DNA of 61,489 nucleotides, the filler included. It is 6 parts of 6 records of this genome, joined end to end, with 100 filler letters (N's around TTAATTAATTAA, not from the genome) between each part and the next. Parts side by side here need not be neighbours in the genome. Positions count along the whole stretch, not along the records: positions 1 to 6,154 come from SRR31156797_17723; positions 6,255 to 17,732 come from SRR31156797_17739; 4 more parts are not named here. One strand, written 5' to 3'. Within the stretch, counting starts at the first letter, position 1, and every line of letters starts with the position of its first letter. The notes beneath the pieces are model-generated. The model made no database searches, had not been told where the DNA came from, and was given only the letters and a program-made list of their open reading frames with translations. Shown one piece after another: positions 1 to 9,452 of the stretch. The position numbers were made by a program, and so were the translations under genes.

Positions 1-1562
1 AAGCCTTTTATTAACTCATCAACCGAAAATTTTATCTTTTCGATTCCGGCCAGGGCGGCTGCCTTGACCTGGTTTTCAAGTATTTCTTCCAAAACAGAAT
101 AGCTTAAGGCGTCTCGTTGCAGATGCAACCCGTTCCCGGCATGGATGCATTGCTCAAGTTTCAGCTCTTTCAGGAGAGTCTCCAGGCTCCGGCAAAATTC
201 CCGCCAGGTCTGATTGGACCTCAGGGGGGCCAACAGTTTTTTAAGATGGTCTATTGTTGAAATTATGTCATCGGTATGCACGCTGTATTTCGGGTTGCTT
301 TCAGAAAAGCGGCTCAGGTTTCTCAACCAGCCTCCCCCTGCCCTTTCATCCGTAACTCCGGCCGCGGCCGTAATTTTGGAAATCAGGCTCCATGGAGTAT
401 TATTATTCAATTGCAGGTATGGGGAAGCCAGAAGATCGAGCACGCGTTCCCTGTCCCATTTGGAAATGGCCAATTCCAGCAGGGAAAAGACGGCCCGAAC
501 CGGGGCTTGTGAATGCAAAGGTTCGCCGCGACGAAAGAAAAGAGGAAGGTTGAACCGTCGAAAAACATCTTCAACCAGTTCGCCGTAAACACTCATGTTG
601 GGCGCGGCCAGAGCGATCTGTTCCGGCCTGACGCCCGAATCTATCAGGCTGTAAATTTGACGGCCGACAGCTTCAACTTCGGCATAACGGCCGGGAGCCG
701 CCATGATTTCAATGTTTTCCGGAAGGGGCGGCGCTTTATGGCTTGCGCCCCGGCGAAACAGATGATCCGTCAGCCAGATTAAATCACTGGAAAGGCAGCC
801 TTGCGGGGTATTGAGATTGAGAGTTATCCCCTCCCCTTTTTCACCCATGGCTTCGAACTCGTAAATAGTTGCCAGAGTTTCATTAAAGGGATTATCCGGA
901 TCCGCGGGCCCGGCAAGGCGGTCAAACTTGTGGGCCCATTCCGGGCAGTACAGATTGACTTCAATTTCCGATATGGTATGGGACAGCGCCTTGACAAGTT
1001 CGATCTGGAAATTGGTCAGCCGGTTGAAATCCCGGATGATTATTTTCTGGATATTACGCATCATGGACGGCTGGTTATGAGCTTCAAGACTTTTGATGAT
1101 GCGGCGACGGCGTCCGGCCTGGTCAATGAGTTTTTTTTCAGAAAGAAGTGTTTCGTAAGATGAAAGCAGGCCGGCCAGAGCCTGGAGCATTTCCCGTTGA
1201 TCATGGTTTTCCGCTGCTTTTTTCAGGATATCTTGAGTCAATCCCCCGGCCCGGCATTGCTCTATAAATTCTGCTATCCGGTTTTTTAATCCGCGGCTGA
1301 AATTTTTGATTGAGGTCAGCTTCACGAAGCCTTCATCTTCAGCGATCAATCGCTCCATGATCAAATTCATGGTCAGGTCGGAAATAAAGGTTTCTTCGGT
1401 TGAGAATTCTTCCGCCAGCAAGTTTTCCAATCTGCCGAAAGTCATGACTTTGGGCGCAAGTAGAACGCCGCCTCGGGATTCCTGGAGCAGCTTTTCCCGT
1501 TCCCTGCTCACGGCCTGGCGGGAAGGAAGGATCAACATCAGATCAGGAGGAAAAAAACTCAT
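1..1562 (-). CDS. AddB/RexB-like ATP-dependent helicase/nuclease subunit B, N-terminal part; runs off the window start
   Basis: Hand translation gives an open frame from ATG 1562 (MSFFPPDLMLILPSRQAV...KVMTFGRLE...IEIMAAPGRYAEVEAVGRQIYSLIDSGVRPEQIALAAP...VFRRFNLPLFFRRGEPL), resembling AddB segments. It is absent from the ORF track because it has no stop in the window. Confidence 0.75.
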   Translation of the reverse strand, partial: MSFFPPDLMLILPSRQAVSREREKLLQESRGGVLLAPKVMTFGRLENLLAEEFSTEETFISDLTMNLIMERLIAEDEGFVKLTSIKNFSRGLKNRIAEFIEQCRAGGLTQDILKKAAENHDQREMLQALAGLLSSYETLLSEKKLIDQAGRRRRIIKSLEAHNQPSMMRNIQKIIIRDFNRLTNFQIELVKALSHTISEIEVNLYCPEWAHKFDRLAGPADPDNPFNETLATIYEFEAMGEKGEGITLNLNTPQGCLSSDLIWLTDHLFRRGASHKAPPLPENIEIMAAPGRYAEVEAVGRQIYSLIDSGVRPEQIALAAPNMSVYGELVEDVFRRFNLPLFFRRGEPLHSQAPVRAVFSLLELAISKWDRERVLDLLASPYLQLNNNTPWSLISKITAAAGVTDERAGGGWLRNLSRFSESNPKYSVHTDDIISTIDHLKKLLAPLRSNQTWREFCRSLETLLKELKLEQCIHAGNGLHLQRDALSYSVLEEILENQVKAAALAGIEKIKFSVDELIKG

Positions 1563-1773
1563 GGCTGTACCCTGTTCATATAATAAGTTTCACTTTTCAT
1601 TATAGTCAGGACAGACGCTGAAGAGGAAGAATTCTTTTTGAATATTATATTACAAATCAATCAGACGGATAGTAAACCGATTTTACGGCATGAAGGCTGC
1701 GTGCGATATAATCTGTTGCTATTTTTGTAATCAGGAATTATGAATAGAAAAAATCCTGAATAAGGAGTTAAAT

Positions 1774-2028
1774 ATGTCCGATCATCACCATCATCATCAT
1801 GACGATCACAAGCACGGCGGCGAAATGAGCGAAATGGACAAGCTTGCTCACCTTCTTTCACACTGGCGGGAACATAATAACGATCATGCATCCAATTACC
1901 GTAAGTGGGCGGATAAAGCCAATGGAAGCGGCAAGCTTGAAGCAGCGGTTTTTTTAAGGCAGGCGGCTGATATGACAGATCATATTTCCGAAATATTCGC
2001 CAAGGCTGAGGAAGCCCTCAAAAAGTAG
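1774..2028 (+). CDS. Small His-rich, putative Ni/metal-binding protein
   Basis: MSDHHHHHHDDHKH N-terminus plus HWREHNNDH; strong SD (TAAGGAG); followed by a terminator. Confidence 0.8.
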   Translation: MSDHHHHHHDDHKHGGEMSEMDKLAHLLSHWREHNNDHASNYRKWADKANGSGKLEAAVFLRQAADMTDHISEIFAKAEEALKK

Positions 2029-2057
2029 CCAACTAGCATAAATACTTGTTGAAATTT

Positions 2058-2085
2058 AAAGGGGCTCGTTTGAGCCCCTTTTTTT
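2058..2085. terminator. Bidirectional intrinsic terminator
   Basis: AAAGGGGCTC-GTTT-GAGCCCCTTTTTTT between convergent genes. Confidence 0.85.
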
Positions 2086-2968
2086 AACTGGTGAGAAGCC
2101 TGAGGGCTTCCTGGTATTTTTCCGATGTTTTTTCAATTATATCTTGAGGCAAGGGCGGAGGGGGCGGAGTTTTGTCCCAATCGAGCGTGGACAGATAGTC
2201 CCTGACAAACTGTTTGTCAAAACTGGGCTGGGCATGTCCTGGCTCGTATTGGTCTTTCGGCCAGAACCGCGATGAGTCGGGAGTCAAAACTTCGTCTATT
2301 AAAATCAGTTCTCCTTCGAAAAGTCCGAATTCGAATTTGGTGTCGGCCAGAATGATGCCTTTTTTATCGGCAATGGCTCGACCCGCTTCATATAGCTCCA
2401 TTGAATATGCTGCAGCCTTGTCCGTCAATTCGGCTCCAACTATTTTCCTGGCTTCATCAATAGTGATATTTTCGTCATGGTCGCCGAGTTCGGCCTTGGT
2501 TGCGGGGGTGAACAGGGGTTTTTCCAGTTTTGAGGAATCAACCAGGCCTTCGGGTAGTTTATGTCCGCAGACAGCGCCCGTGGCCATGTAATCCTTGTAT
2601 CCCGACCCGGACAGATAACCTCTGACAACGCATTCAATGGCCAGGGGAGCAGCTTTTTTGACCAGCATGCTGCGTCCGGCCAGGACATCCGAATACTTTC
2701 GGCACTGTTCGGGATAGTCGGCCGGTTCCAGGCTGATGACGTGATTGGGAACTATATGTCCGAGCGTTTTGAACCAGAAGTCTGATATCCGGGTCAGGAC
2801 CGTTCCCTTGCCGGGAATGGGTTCGGCCATGACCACGTCAAAGGCGGACAGCCTGTCCGTGGCCACTATGAGCAATTGTTCGCCAAGGTCGTATATGTCG
2901 CGGACTTTGCCCCTGGCCTTGAGATTCAGTTCCGGAAATTCCGTCTGGTATAATACGTTGCTTGTCAT
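2084..2968 (-). CDS. purC: SAICAR synthetase
   Basis: [49 protein letters not shown] and [11 protein letters not shown]; start placed at the ATG of MTSNV after AAGGAAG. Confidence 0.97.
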   Translation of the reverse strand: MTSNVLYQTEFPELNLKARGKVRDIYDLGEQLLIVATDRLSAFDVVMAEPIPGKGTVLTRISDFWFKTLGHIVPNHVISLEPADYPEQCRKYSDVLAGRSMLVKKAAPLAIECVVRGYLSGSGYKDYMATGAVCGHKLPEGLVDSSKLEKPLFTPATKAELGDHDENITIDEARKIVGAELTDKAAAYSMELYEAGRAIADKKGIILADTKFEFGLFEGELILIDEVLTPDSSRFWPKDQYEPGHAQPSFDKQFVRDYLSTLDWDKTPPPPPLPQDIIEKTSEKYQEALRLLTS

Positions 2969-3116
2969 AACATCTTCCTTTTCTTCCAAAGTTTGTCATA
3001 TTTTTTCCTATGCGGTATTGAAAAAGATTTACAAACACTGCATAGGTTATTGACATATGGCTCAATTGCATTTTATCTATAAAGCATCTAGAAATGAATT
3101 GTAAAGGAGAAAGACA

Positions 3117-4052
3117 ATGCGTAAAAAAGTGACCGTTGTTGGAGCCGGCAATGTCGGCGCCACCGCAGCTCAACGTTTGGCCGAAAAAGGCGTGGCCGAC
3201 GTCGTGCTGGTGGATGTCATTGAAGGTATGCCGCAAGGAAAATCCCTTGATCTGCTTCAGGCTGCATCTGTGGAACTACATGATTTCAACCTGGTCGGCG
3301 CCAACGATTATGGTCCTACGGAAAATTCGGACATCGTAATAATTACCGCGGGCATAGCGCGCAAGCCGGGAATGAGCAGGGATGACCTGATCAAAACCAA
3401 TATGAAAATCGTGGGCGACGTCACCAAGGAAATTGTCCGTTATTCACCCAACACCATACTTATTATAGTCAGCAACCCGTTGGACGCCATGTGTCATGTT
3501 GCGTACAAAGCCAGCGGTTTTGACGCCAAGCGCGTTATCGGCATGGCCGGCGTTTTGGATTCCGCCAGGTTCAAGACGTTTTTATCAATGGAACTTGAAG
3601 TATCCAAGGAAAATATCCAGGCCATGGTTCTTGGCGGACACGGCGATACCATGGTTCCGCTGCCCCGCTTCACTACCGTGGGCGGCATCCCGGTGACCAA
3701 TTTCATTTCCGAAGAAAGGCTTGAAGAAATTATAGACCGGACCCGGAACGGGGGCGCGGAGATAGTCGGCCTTTTGAAGACGGGATCGGCTTTTTACGCG
3801 CCGGCGTCTTCAGCGGTTGAAATGGCCGAATCGATTCTTTTTGACAGAAACAAGGTTCTCCCTTGTGCGGCTTTGTTAAACGGCCAATACGGCATAAACG
3901 ACCTGTTTATAGGCGTGCCGGTCAAGTTGGGCGAAGGCGGAATCAAAGAGGTATATGAACTGGATCTGGCAGCGGATGAATTGGCCGCCTTGCGGAAATC
4001 CGCGGACGCAGTCCAGTCGCTGGTTGATTTTCTGGCCAAGGAAGGAATCTGA
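3117..4052 (+). CDS. mdh: Malate dehydrogenase (LDH-like)
   Basis: [44 protein letters not shown] and [16 protein letters not shown]. Confidence 0.96.
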   Translation: MRKKVTVVGAGNVGATAAQRLAEKGVADVVLVDVIEGMPQGKSLDLLQAASVELHDFNLVGANDYGPTENSDIVIITAGIARKPGMSRDDLIKTNMKIVGDVTKEIVRYSPNTILIIVSNPLDAMCHVAYKASGFDAKRVIGMAGVLDSARFKTFLSMELEVSKENIQAMVLGGHGDTMVPLPRFTTVGGIPVTNFISEERLEEIIDRTRNGGAEIVGLLKTGSAFYAPASSAVEMAESILFDRNKVLPCAALLNGQYGINDLFIGVPVKLGEGGIKEVYELDLAADELAALRKSADAVQSLVDFLAKEGI

Positions 4053-4062
4053 TTTATTTATA

Positions 4063-4095
4063 TCCGGGGAGCGCCGCTTAACGGGGCTCCCCGGA
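4063..4095 (+). terminator. GC-rich hairpin downstream of mdh
   Basis: TCCGGGGAGC...GCTCCCCGGA 10-bp stem; no clear U tract. Confidence 0.5.
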
Positions 4096-4524
4096 ACAGC
4101 CGGTTGGCGCCTGCCTGTAATGTTTGGAATATTCCAGGACAACTCATCTTCATTATCGTCATATTCCCCTGATTAAGCGCCTTGTTGACGTTCGACCTTG
4201 CGTAAAAGCCTCAAAATGGATATCTTATTTAATATAAGGACTCATAAAGCGCCGGATTTGCAGTAAAGGACCAGGCAGGGCCGATTTGTGTTGTATGGAA
4301 TCCCGATCGAACCGGGCGAATTATATTGTCAAACAACCTGCTAAGAATTCGGATCGCTGTTTTTTCACTCAAAGACCTCGGTTTAATTATCTTTTTTTGC
4401 TCGTTCGATTTACTGATTGTAAAACAAAATCAGGATTTTTCCCGGATTGCCAAATGAAAGGAGCCGGTGAAGGCGCCTATAAAACAGGGTTAGTGGATCA
4501 ACCTTTAAAGGAAAGGAGCTTCCA

Positions 4525-4830
4525 ATGACGGTGAAGGTCGTAATAACCAGGCGATTCAAGGAAGGCAAGGGATTGGCTCTTTTAAGCTTGTTGAATAAAC
4601 TGAGGGGCAATGCGATGAACCAACCCGGGTATATTACTGGTGAAACCCTGGTCGGACATGACGATCCTCATAAACTGGTGGTAATCGGGACCTGGCAAAG
4701 CGTGGATCATTGGCTCAGTTGGAAAAACAACGAGGACAGGACCAACGAGGAAAAAGAAATAGAACACCTGCTGGAAGATCCGGCCCGTTATGAAGTTTTC
4801 AGTTTCGGCACATTTCCTCACCGGGACTAA
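4525..4830 (+). CDS. Antibiotic biosynthesis monooxygenase (ABM) family protein
   Basis: AMNQPGYITGETL...VVIGTWQSVDHWLSW pattern; SD AAGGAG. Confidence 0.8.
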   Translation: MTVKVVITRRFKEGKGLALLSLLNKLRGNAMNQPGYITGETLVGHDDPHKLVVIGTWQSVDHWLSWKNNEDRTNEEKEIEHLLEDPARYEVFSFGTFPHRD

Positions 4831-5073
4831 TATTGATCGACTGCTTGTACGGAGTTAATAATCAAGGTTAACCAGAAAATTCTGATTCCGTGCTTTTACA
4901 CGCGCGGAATCCTGTCGTCTCCAGGCAGCATCTCGAGCGGCCTCTCGAAAAACCTTTAAATCCTCCGATGGGGGTTTAATTTCCCGATGCCGGCTTTGTT
5001 TTTTGATCGGCGTCTTCCGGTTAAAAATAAGCGATATGCAACGGGAACTTCATTTACATGAGAGGAGCAGGCC

Positions 5074-5991
5074 ATGGTTGTTAAACTCGAGAATATAATC
5101 TGCACAACTGATTTTTCCGATTTTGCAAACAACGCCATTCCCTTTGCCGTAATGCTGGCCGCTGAATTTGGAACGAAATTATATATCAGTCATGTCATTG
5201 ATATTCCCGCGGCGGCCATGTACGGCGAGGCGCTTATCGACCCTCACGAGATCCAAAACAGGATAGACAAATACGCTCACGACCAAATTTCCGTAATGGT
5301 CGGCGATGAGGATCTTGAATGCGAACCGTTAATTACGATCGGTCATCCTGCTGAAGAGATCGCCCGCCTGGCAGAGGAGAAAAACGTCAGCCTGGTCATT
5401 TCCGCCGCCCACGGCCGTTCCGGCCTGGAAAGATTGATTTTGGGATCAGTGACCGAGCGCATGATGCACACGCTTACCTGTCCAATACTGGTCATACCTG
5501 AGCCCAAGGCGGATCAGGGCAAGGACATCAGGTTCAAACGCATACTTGTTGGATGCGATTTTTCCCATGATTCAGACCTGGCCGTCGACTTTGGCCTGTA
5601 CATGGCCCAGTCATTTCAGGCGGAAGTGCACCTGGCCCATGTTATAGAACCGGACGTTTTCAAGGACCTTATCAAACCCGGCGGAAATGTAGAAAGAGAA
5701 AGAAGAGAATTTATAAGGAATGAGTTGCAGGAAAAGCTGGCGGCCATGATTCCCGATGACGCGCGCAACTGGTGCCATCCCAGCACCGAGATACTGGCCG
5801 GCCAGCCCCATGAGGAATTAAGTAAATTCGCGGTGATAAATAATATTGATTTAATAGTTTTAGGCGTCCACGGCCGGGGATTCGTGGAAAATCTTTTGGT
5901 GGGGTCCACAACTGACCGCGTCATTCGCATGGGCGCGGCGCCGGTCATGGCGGTTCGCCCGATCGTGCGGGAATCTAGCGGTGCGGCTTAA
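5074..5991 (+). CDS. Universal stress protein with two USP domains
   Basis: IICTTDFS...HGRSGLERLILGSVTE and ILVGCDFS...HGRGFVENLLVGSTTDRV. Confidence 0.92.
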   Translation: MVVKLENIICTTDFSDFANNAIPFAVMLAAEFGTKLYISHVIDIPAAAMYGEALIDPHEIQNRIDKYAHDQISVMVGDEDLECEPLITIGHPAEEIARLAEEKNVSLVISAAHGRSGLERLILGSVTERMMHTLTCPILVIPEPKADQGKDIRFKRILVGCDFSHDSDLAVDFGLYMAQSFQAEVHLAHVIEPDVFKDLIKPGGNVERERREFIRNELQEKLAAMIPDDARNWCHPSTEILAGQPHEELSKFAVINNIDLIVLGVHGRGFVENLLVGSTTDRVIRMGAAPVMAVRPIVRESSGAA

Positions 5992-6035
5992 CAAAACGCT
6001 GATTTGTGATCAATCCTCTCATAAGACGTGGCTGT

Positions 6036-6079
6036 ACCGGGTTTAAAGTCTAATCCTGATTGTCAAATTTAAACCCGGT
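6036..6079. terminator. Inverted repeat between convergent genes
   Basis: ACCGGGTTTAAA (6036-6047) / TTTAAACCCGGT (6068-6079). Confidence 0.55.
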
Positions 6080-6154
6080 TATACGCTTATGTCCTTGAAG
6101 TCGTCGTGTTCCTGCCAATAAATGATGCGCTGGCAATTGGGACAGATCATAACC
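6079..6154 (-). CDS. C-terminus of a C4-type zinc-ribbon protein (partial)
   Basis: Hand translation VMICPNCQRIIYWQEHDDFKDISV*. Confidence 0.7.
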
Positions 6155-6254
6155 NNNNNNNNNNNNNNNNNNNNNNNNNNNNNNNNNNNNNNNNNNNNTT
6201 AATTAATTAANNNNNNNNNNNNNNNNNNNNNNNNNNNNNNNNNNNNNNNNNNNN
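6155..6254. other. Artificial contig linker
   Basis: N44-TTAATTAATTAA-N44, which puts stops in all six frames. Confidence 0.99.
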
Positions 6255-6425
6255 GCTTCCCCGCTGAATCTCTTCCAGGCTCAATAGGGGAGGAAAACCC
6301 TGAGCGTAGAGATCGGATGACACGATCCGGTCGCCCTTCTGTTTGAGCGCTTCCCCGATAGAGGAGAAGAGGGAGGCTTGCAGGCTTTGATCATCAGGGT
6401 GGGCGAGGATTATTAGGTTCTTCAT
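6255..6425 (-). CDS. NAD(P)H-dependent oxidoreductase, flavodoxin-like fold (N-terminus, partial)
   Basis: MKNLIILAHPDDQSL...SDLYAQGFPP; SD GGGAG. Confidence 0.8.
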
Positions 6426-6459
6426 AAAGGCTCCCATACTGTTCTTGCTCTTGTGAAGT

Positions 6460-6720
6460 TTAGCAAAGCCAGTCTTTATAGACATTGTAAACCCTTTTTA
6501 TAGAAAGTCCCCGAACCAGGGGGGAAAAGGCTAGCACAGAGAATGTGGACAGGACGGCGAACTGGTATCGCCCGGGAGTAAAGGTCTCCGAGCTCCCCAG
6601 CGCCAGAGTTCTGCTTCCCCTCCCTGACAAGTGATGATCTGCGGGGCAGTCCGGCTTTCTTCAGTATGGACATCGCGGAGATGGGATCAGTATGGCCGTC
6701 AGAATCAGACCTATTCCCAT
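6460..6720 (-). pseudogene. Remnant of a CPA1/NhaP-type Na+/H+ antiporter
   Basis: IGLILTA / frameshift / TDPISAMSILKKAGLPR (the TDP motif), then in another frame LALGSS...STFSVLAFSPLVRGLSIKRVY* (last helix). The middle of the gene is missing. Confidence 0.6.
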
Positions 6721-7290
6721 TGGGATTTTTTAAATCTTCTCGTTACAATAGGCGAAACTCATGAGTACTGTGAACACCTGGGAGAGTAGGATGAGAGTCT
6801 CCAATTCCGAATACAATATCCCGTTCTTTTTTATGCATCATTATTATATTTTCAAAACGGGCCGCTTACAAGTCTATCAGTTTGATGCTGATCTATAATG
6901 AGCCTATTTTTTGAACATCAATCCCGGATTTATTAAGAGCTTTCCTGCCAAGATATTATCTCCTCAATCTACGGAGAGTTCGATGTGTCTGCACCGGATC
7001 TCTGTAGGCTAACGGGTTCTCTTTCTATAAAGGAAGAGTCATTTAGGCGAAAGCGAAAATAAAGGAGTTGTTTCTTTAATAGTAAAATGATGATTATCAA
7101 ACAGAATCTTGAATGGGCTTTTTAATGCATTGAGGGACAGGTATTTAATTATGAACAATGTATTTTGATTTACTTATATAATGAAGTGTTGTTTCTTTAT
7201 AAAGCATTGTATTATAAGGAATTAATGTTGTTGGTATAAGCTGGTGAAGAATTTGTAAGTCCTTATAATATAAACAATTAATAAAATTCG

Positions 7291-7319
7291 TTGACAGAGT
7301 CGAGTACATCTAATAGTAT
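7291..7319 (+). promoter_or_regulatory. Sigma70-type promoter of the GGDEF/HD-GYP gene
   Basis: TTGACA-N17-TAGTAT about 160 bp upstream of ATG 7477. Confidence 0.6.
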
Positions 7320-7476
7320 TTGTTTACATTCTATTTTATCTGGTCTGAATGACTTGTAAACATTGTTTTTGGTGGGCTGTTTTTTATTAATGAATTCATG
7401 AATAATATACGCTCTCAATTAATATGTATTCATTTGTTTAGTTATATAAAGCTTATAGAATCTGAGGGTTTCAGAG

Positions 7477-9450
7477 ATGAATGGATTATTGGTCATAGAA
7501 AAAATGTTTGAAGCTCAAAAAATCTCTAAAAATTTCAATGATTTAGTTATGAAATGCTTTGAAATTCTGACCAGTAAGATGCACTATGAGCGAGTTTTTT
7601 TCTTTAGCAATTATTTGAAAGATAATGTTTTTATTGAATCTTCCTGTAATGATGACTATGCATTTATAATTGATCGCAAAGCTCAAGATCATTACTATTT
7701 CTTACATCTATTGAAAGAGTATAAAAGTAAGATAATATGTTGTCGGGATTCGGTGAAAGATGAAAGGATTAAACTCCTCATGCTGAGAAATAAGCAAAAG
7801 TCGCTTCTCCTTAATCCGATATTCTCTCAGTCGAATCTCATTGGATACATCGGAGTTGATAGTTGTAATGATGCTTCTCTTTTTTCTAAAAAAGACGAAA
7901 TTCTCATGGAAGTTCTATCGCTTATTATAGCGGATGCTATTCACAAGGCTTGGCAACCAGGCCAAGAGAGTTTAGCCAGTGCTGATATGAACAGTCGTGT
8001 TTTATCAATCACTCAGGCCAATGATGATGAGGAGGAAAGTACGATTCAATCTATCATCTCATCTATAGGATCATTGTTAATTGCGCTGGATGATAGAATG
8101 ATGATCACATTAGTTAATGACGAAGCTGAGAAATATCTTGGATCGCATCGCAGTGAGCTCATTGGGAAAATCATAACTGATTTCATTCAAATAGACCTTC
8201 CGGAAGGTGATATTGTAACTGTATTAAAGAATTTTAGTGAAAGTGATGATTTGAAAATTAATTTCAGGTCAAAACTGAAGATGAAATTCCAGGATGAGAT
8301 AATATGTGATATTGCGGTATCAAAAATCAGAAATCCAGAGGGGGCCAAAGCAAAAGGGATTGTCATTATTCTGTCAGACATAACAGAATACTATAGTAAT
8401 GTTTGCCAGATCGGAAACTTGAATAAGACTGACTATATTACGGGTGCTATATCAAGACAGTATTTTGAATCGTCTTTGATGCAGAAGATAATGCTCAGCA
8501 ACATCTCTTCTCTCAGTATAATTGTGTGTGATATTAATGGCCTGAAGCTGATAAATGACCTGGTTTCACATCAGAAAGGGGATGAGCTGCTTTTCCATGT
8601 CTGTAATATAATAAGTTCGATGATTCCCGATGGTTCAAATACTGTAAGATGGGGGGGAGACGAGTTTCTCGTATATATAGAGAACATGAGAGAATATGAA
8701 ACGGAAGCCCTCATCCGAGAGTTAAAGCTTAGAATTGAAGAGATCGATTACGATCTCCCGATAAGTATCTCTTTTGGATATAAGGTTGTCGATCGCTTTG
8801 ATTATTCTGAGATATTCAGTGCAATACATGATGCAGAAAATCATTTGAACAGACATAAGCTCCTCGAGGGAAGCAGCAACAGAAGCTTCATAATTAACTC
8901 AATGAGAAAATCCTTATATGCGAAAAGCAATGAGACGGAAGAACATGCCGGCAGGTTATGGGATATCTGCAAACTATTGTCTGATGAGATGGCTCTCGGG
9001 ATGGGCCTCCGAGACGAGATTGAGTTGCTCGCTCAGTTGCATGACATCGGAAAGATATCAATCAGCGATAACATCCTGTTGAAACCGTCTTCGCTAACAG
9101 CCGATGAATGGAAAGTAATGAAGACTCACTCCGAGGCCGGTTATAGGATATTGTGCGGAATCCCCGAGCTTTCTCAGATTGCTATTTACGTCCTATCCCA
9201 TCATGAGCGCTGGGATGGGTGTGGATACCCTAACGGCCTGAAGGGAGAGGAAATCCCCTTACCTTCAAGAATCATTGCAATAGCAGATGCTTTTGACGCG
9301 ATGACCCAGGACAGGGTTTATCATAAAGCTGAAAGTATAAATGCCGCTAGGGAAGAAATCCTCAGATGCTCTGGGACTCAATTTGATCCCAATATAGTTA
9401 ATGCTTTTATGAAAGTTTCATTGAATTTCAGTGAGCATTTGTTTATATGA
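7477..9450 (+). CDS. GAF-PAS-GGDEF-HD-GYP c-di-GMP turnover protein
   Basis: DINGLKLIND, RWGGDEF, LHDIGK, HHERWDGCGYP and IADAFDAMT. Confidence 0.93.
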   Translation: MNGLLVIEKMFEAQKISKNFNDLVMKCFEILTSKMHYERVFFFSNYLKDNVFIESSCNDDYAFIIDRKAQDHYYFLHLLKEYKSKIICCRDSVKDERIKLLMLRNKQKSLLLNPIFSQSNLIGYIGVDSCNDASLFSKKDEILMEVLSLIIADAIHKAWQPGQESLASADMNSRVLSITQANDDEEESTIQSIISSIGSLLIALDDRMMITLVNDEAEKYLGSHRSELIGKIITDFIQIDLPEGDIVTVLKNFSESDDLKINFRSKLKMKFQDEIICDIAVSKIRNPEGAKAKGIVIILSDITEYYSNVCQIGNLNKTDYITGAISRQYFESSLMQKIMLSNISSLSIIVCDINGLKLINDLVSHQKGDELLFHVCNIISSMIPDGSNTVRWGGDEFLVYIENMREYETEALIRELKLRIEEIDYDLPISISFGYKVVDRFDYSEIFSAIHDAENHLNRHKLLEGSSNRSFIINSMRKSLYAKSNETEEHAGRLWDICKLLSDEMALGMGLRDEIELLAQLHDIGKISISDNILLKPSSLTADEWKVMKTHSEAGYRILCGIPELSQIAIYVLSHHERWDGCGYPNGLKGEEIPLPSRIIAIADAFDAMTQDRVYHKAESINAAREEILRCSGTQFDPNIVNAFMKVSLNFSEHLFI

Positions 9451-9452
9451 TG

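Noticed and set aside
214..1605. Several short + strand ORFs in the track
   Set aside because: Antisense shadows of the long minus-strand AddB-like frame.
3015..3040. Rex-like box between purC and mdh
   Set aside because: Spacing and half-sites match TTGTGAA-N4-TTCACAA poorly.
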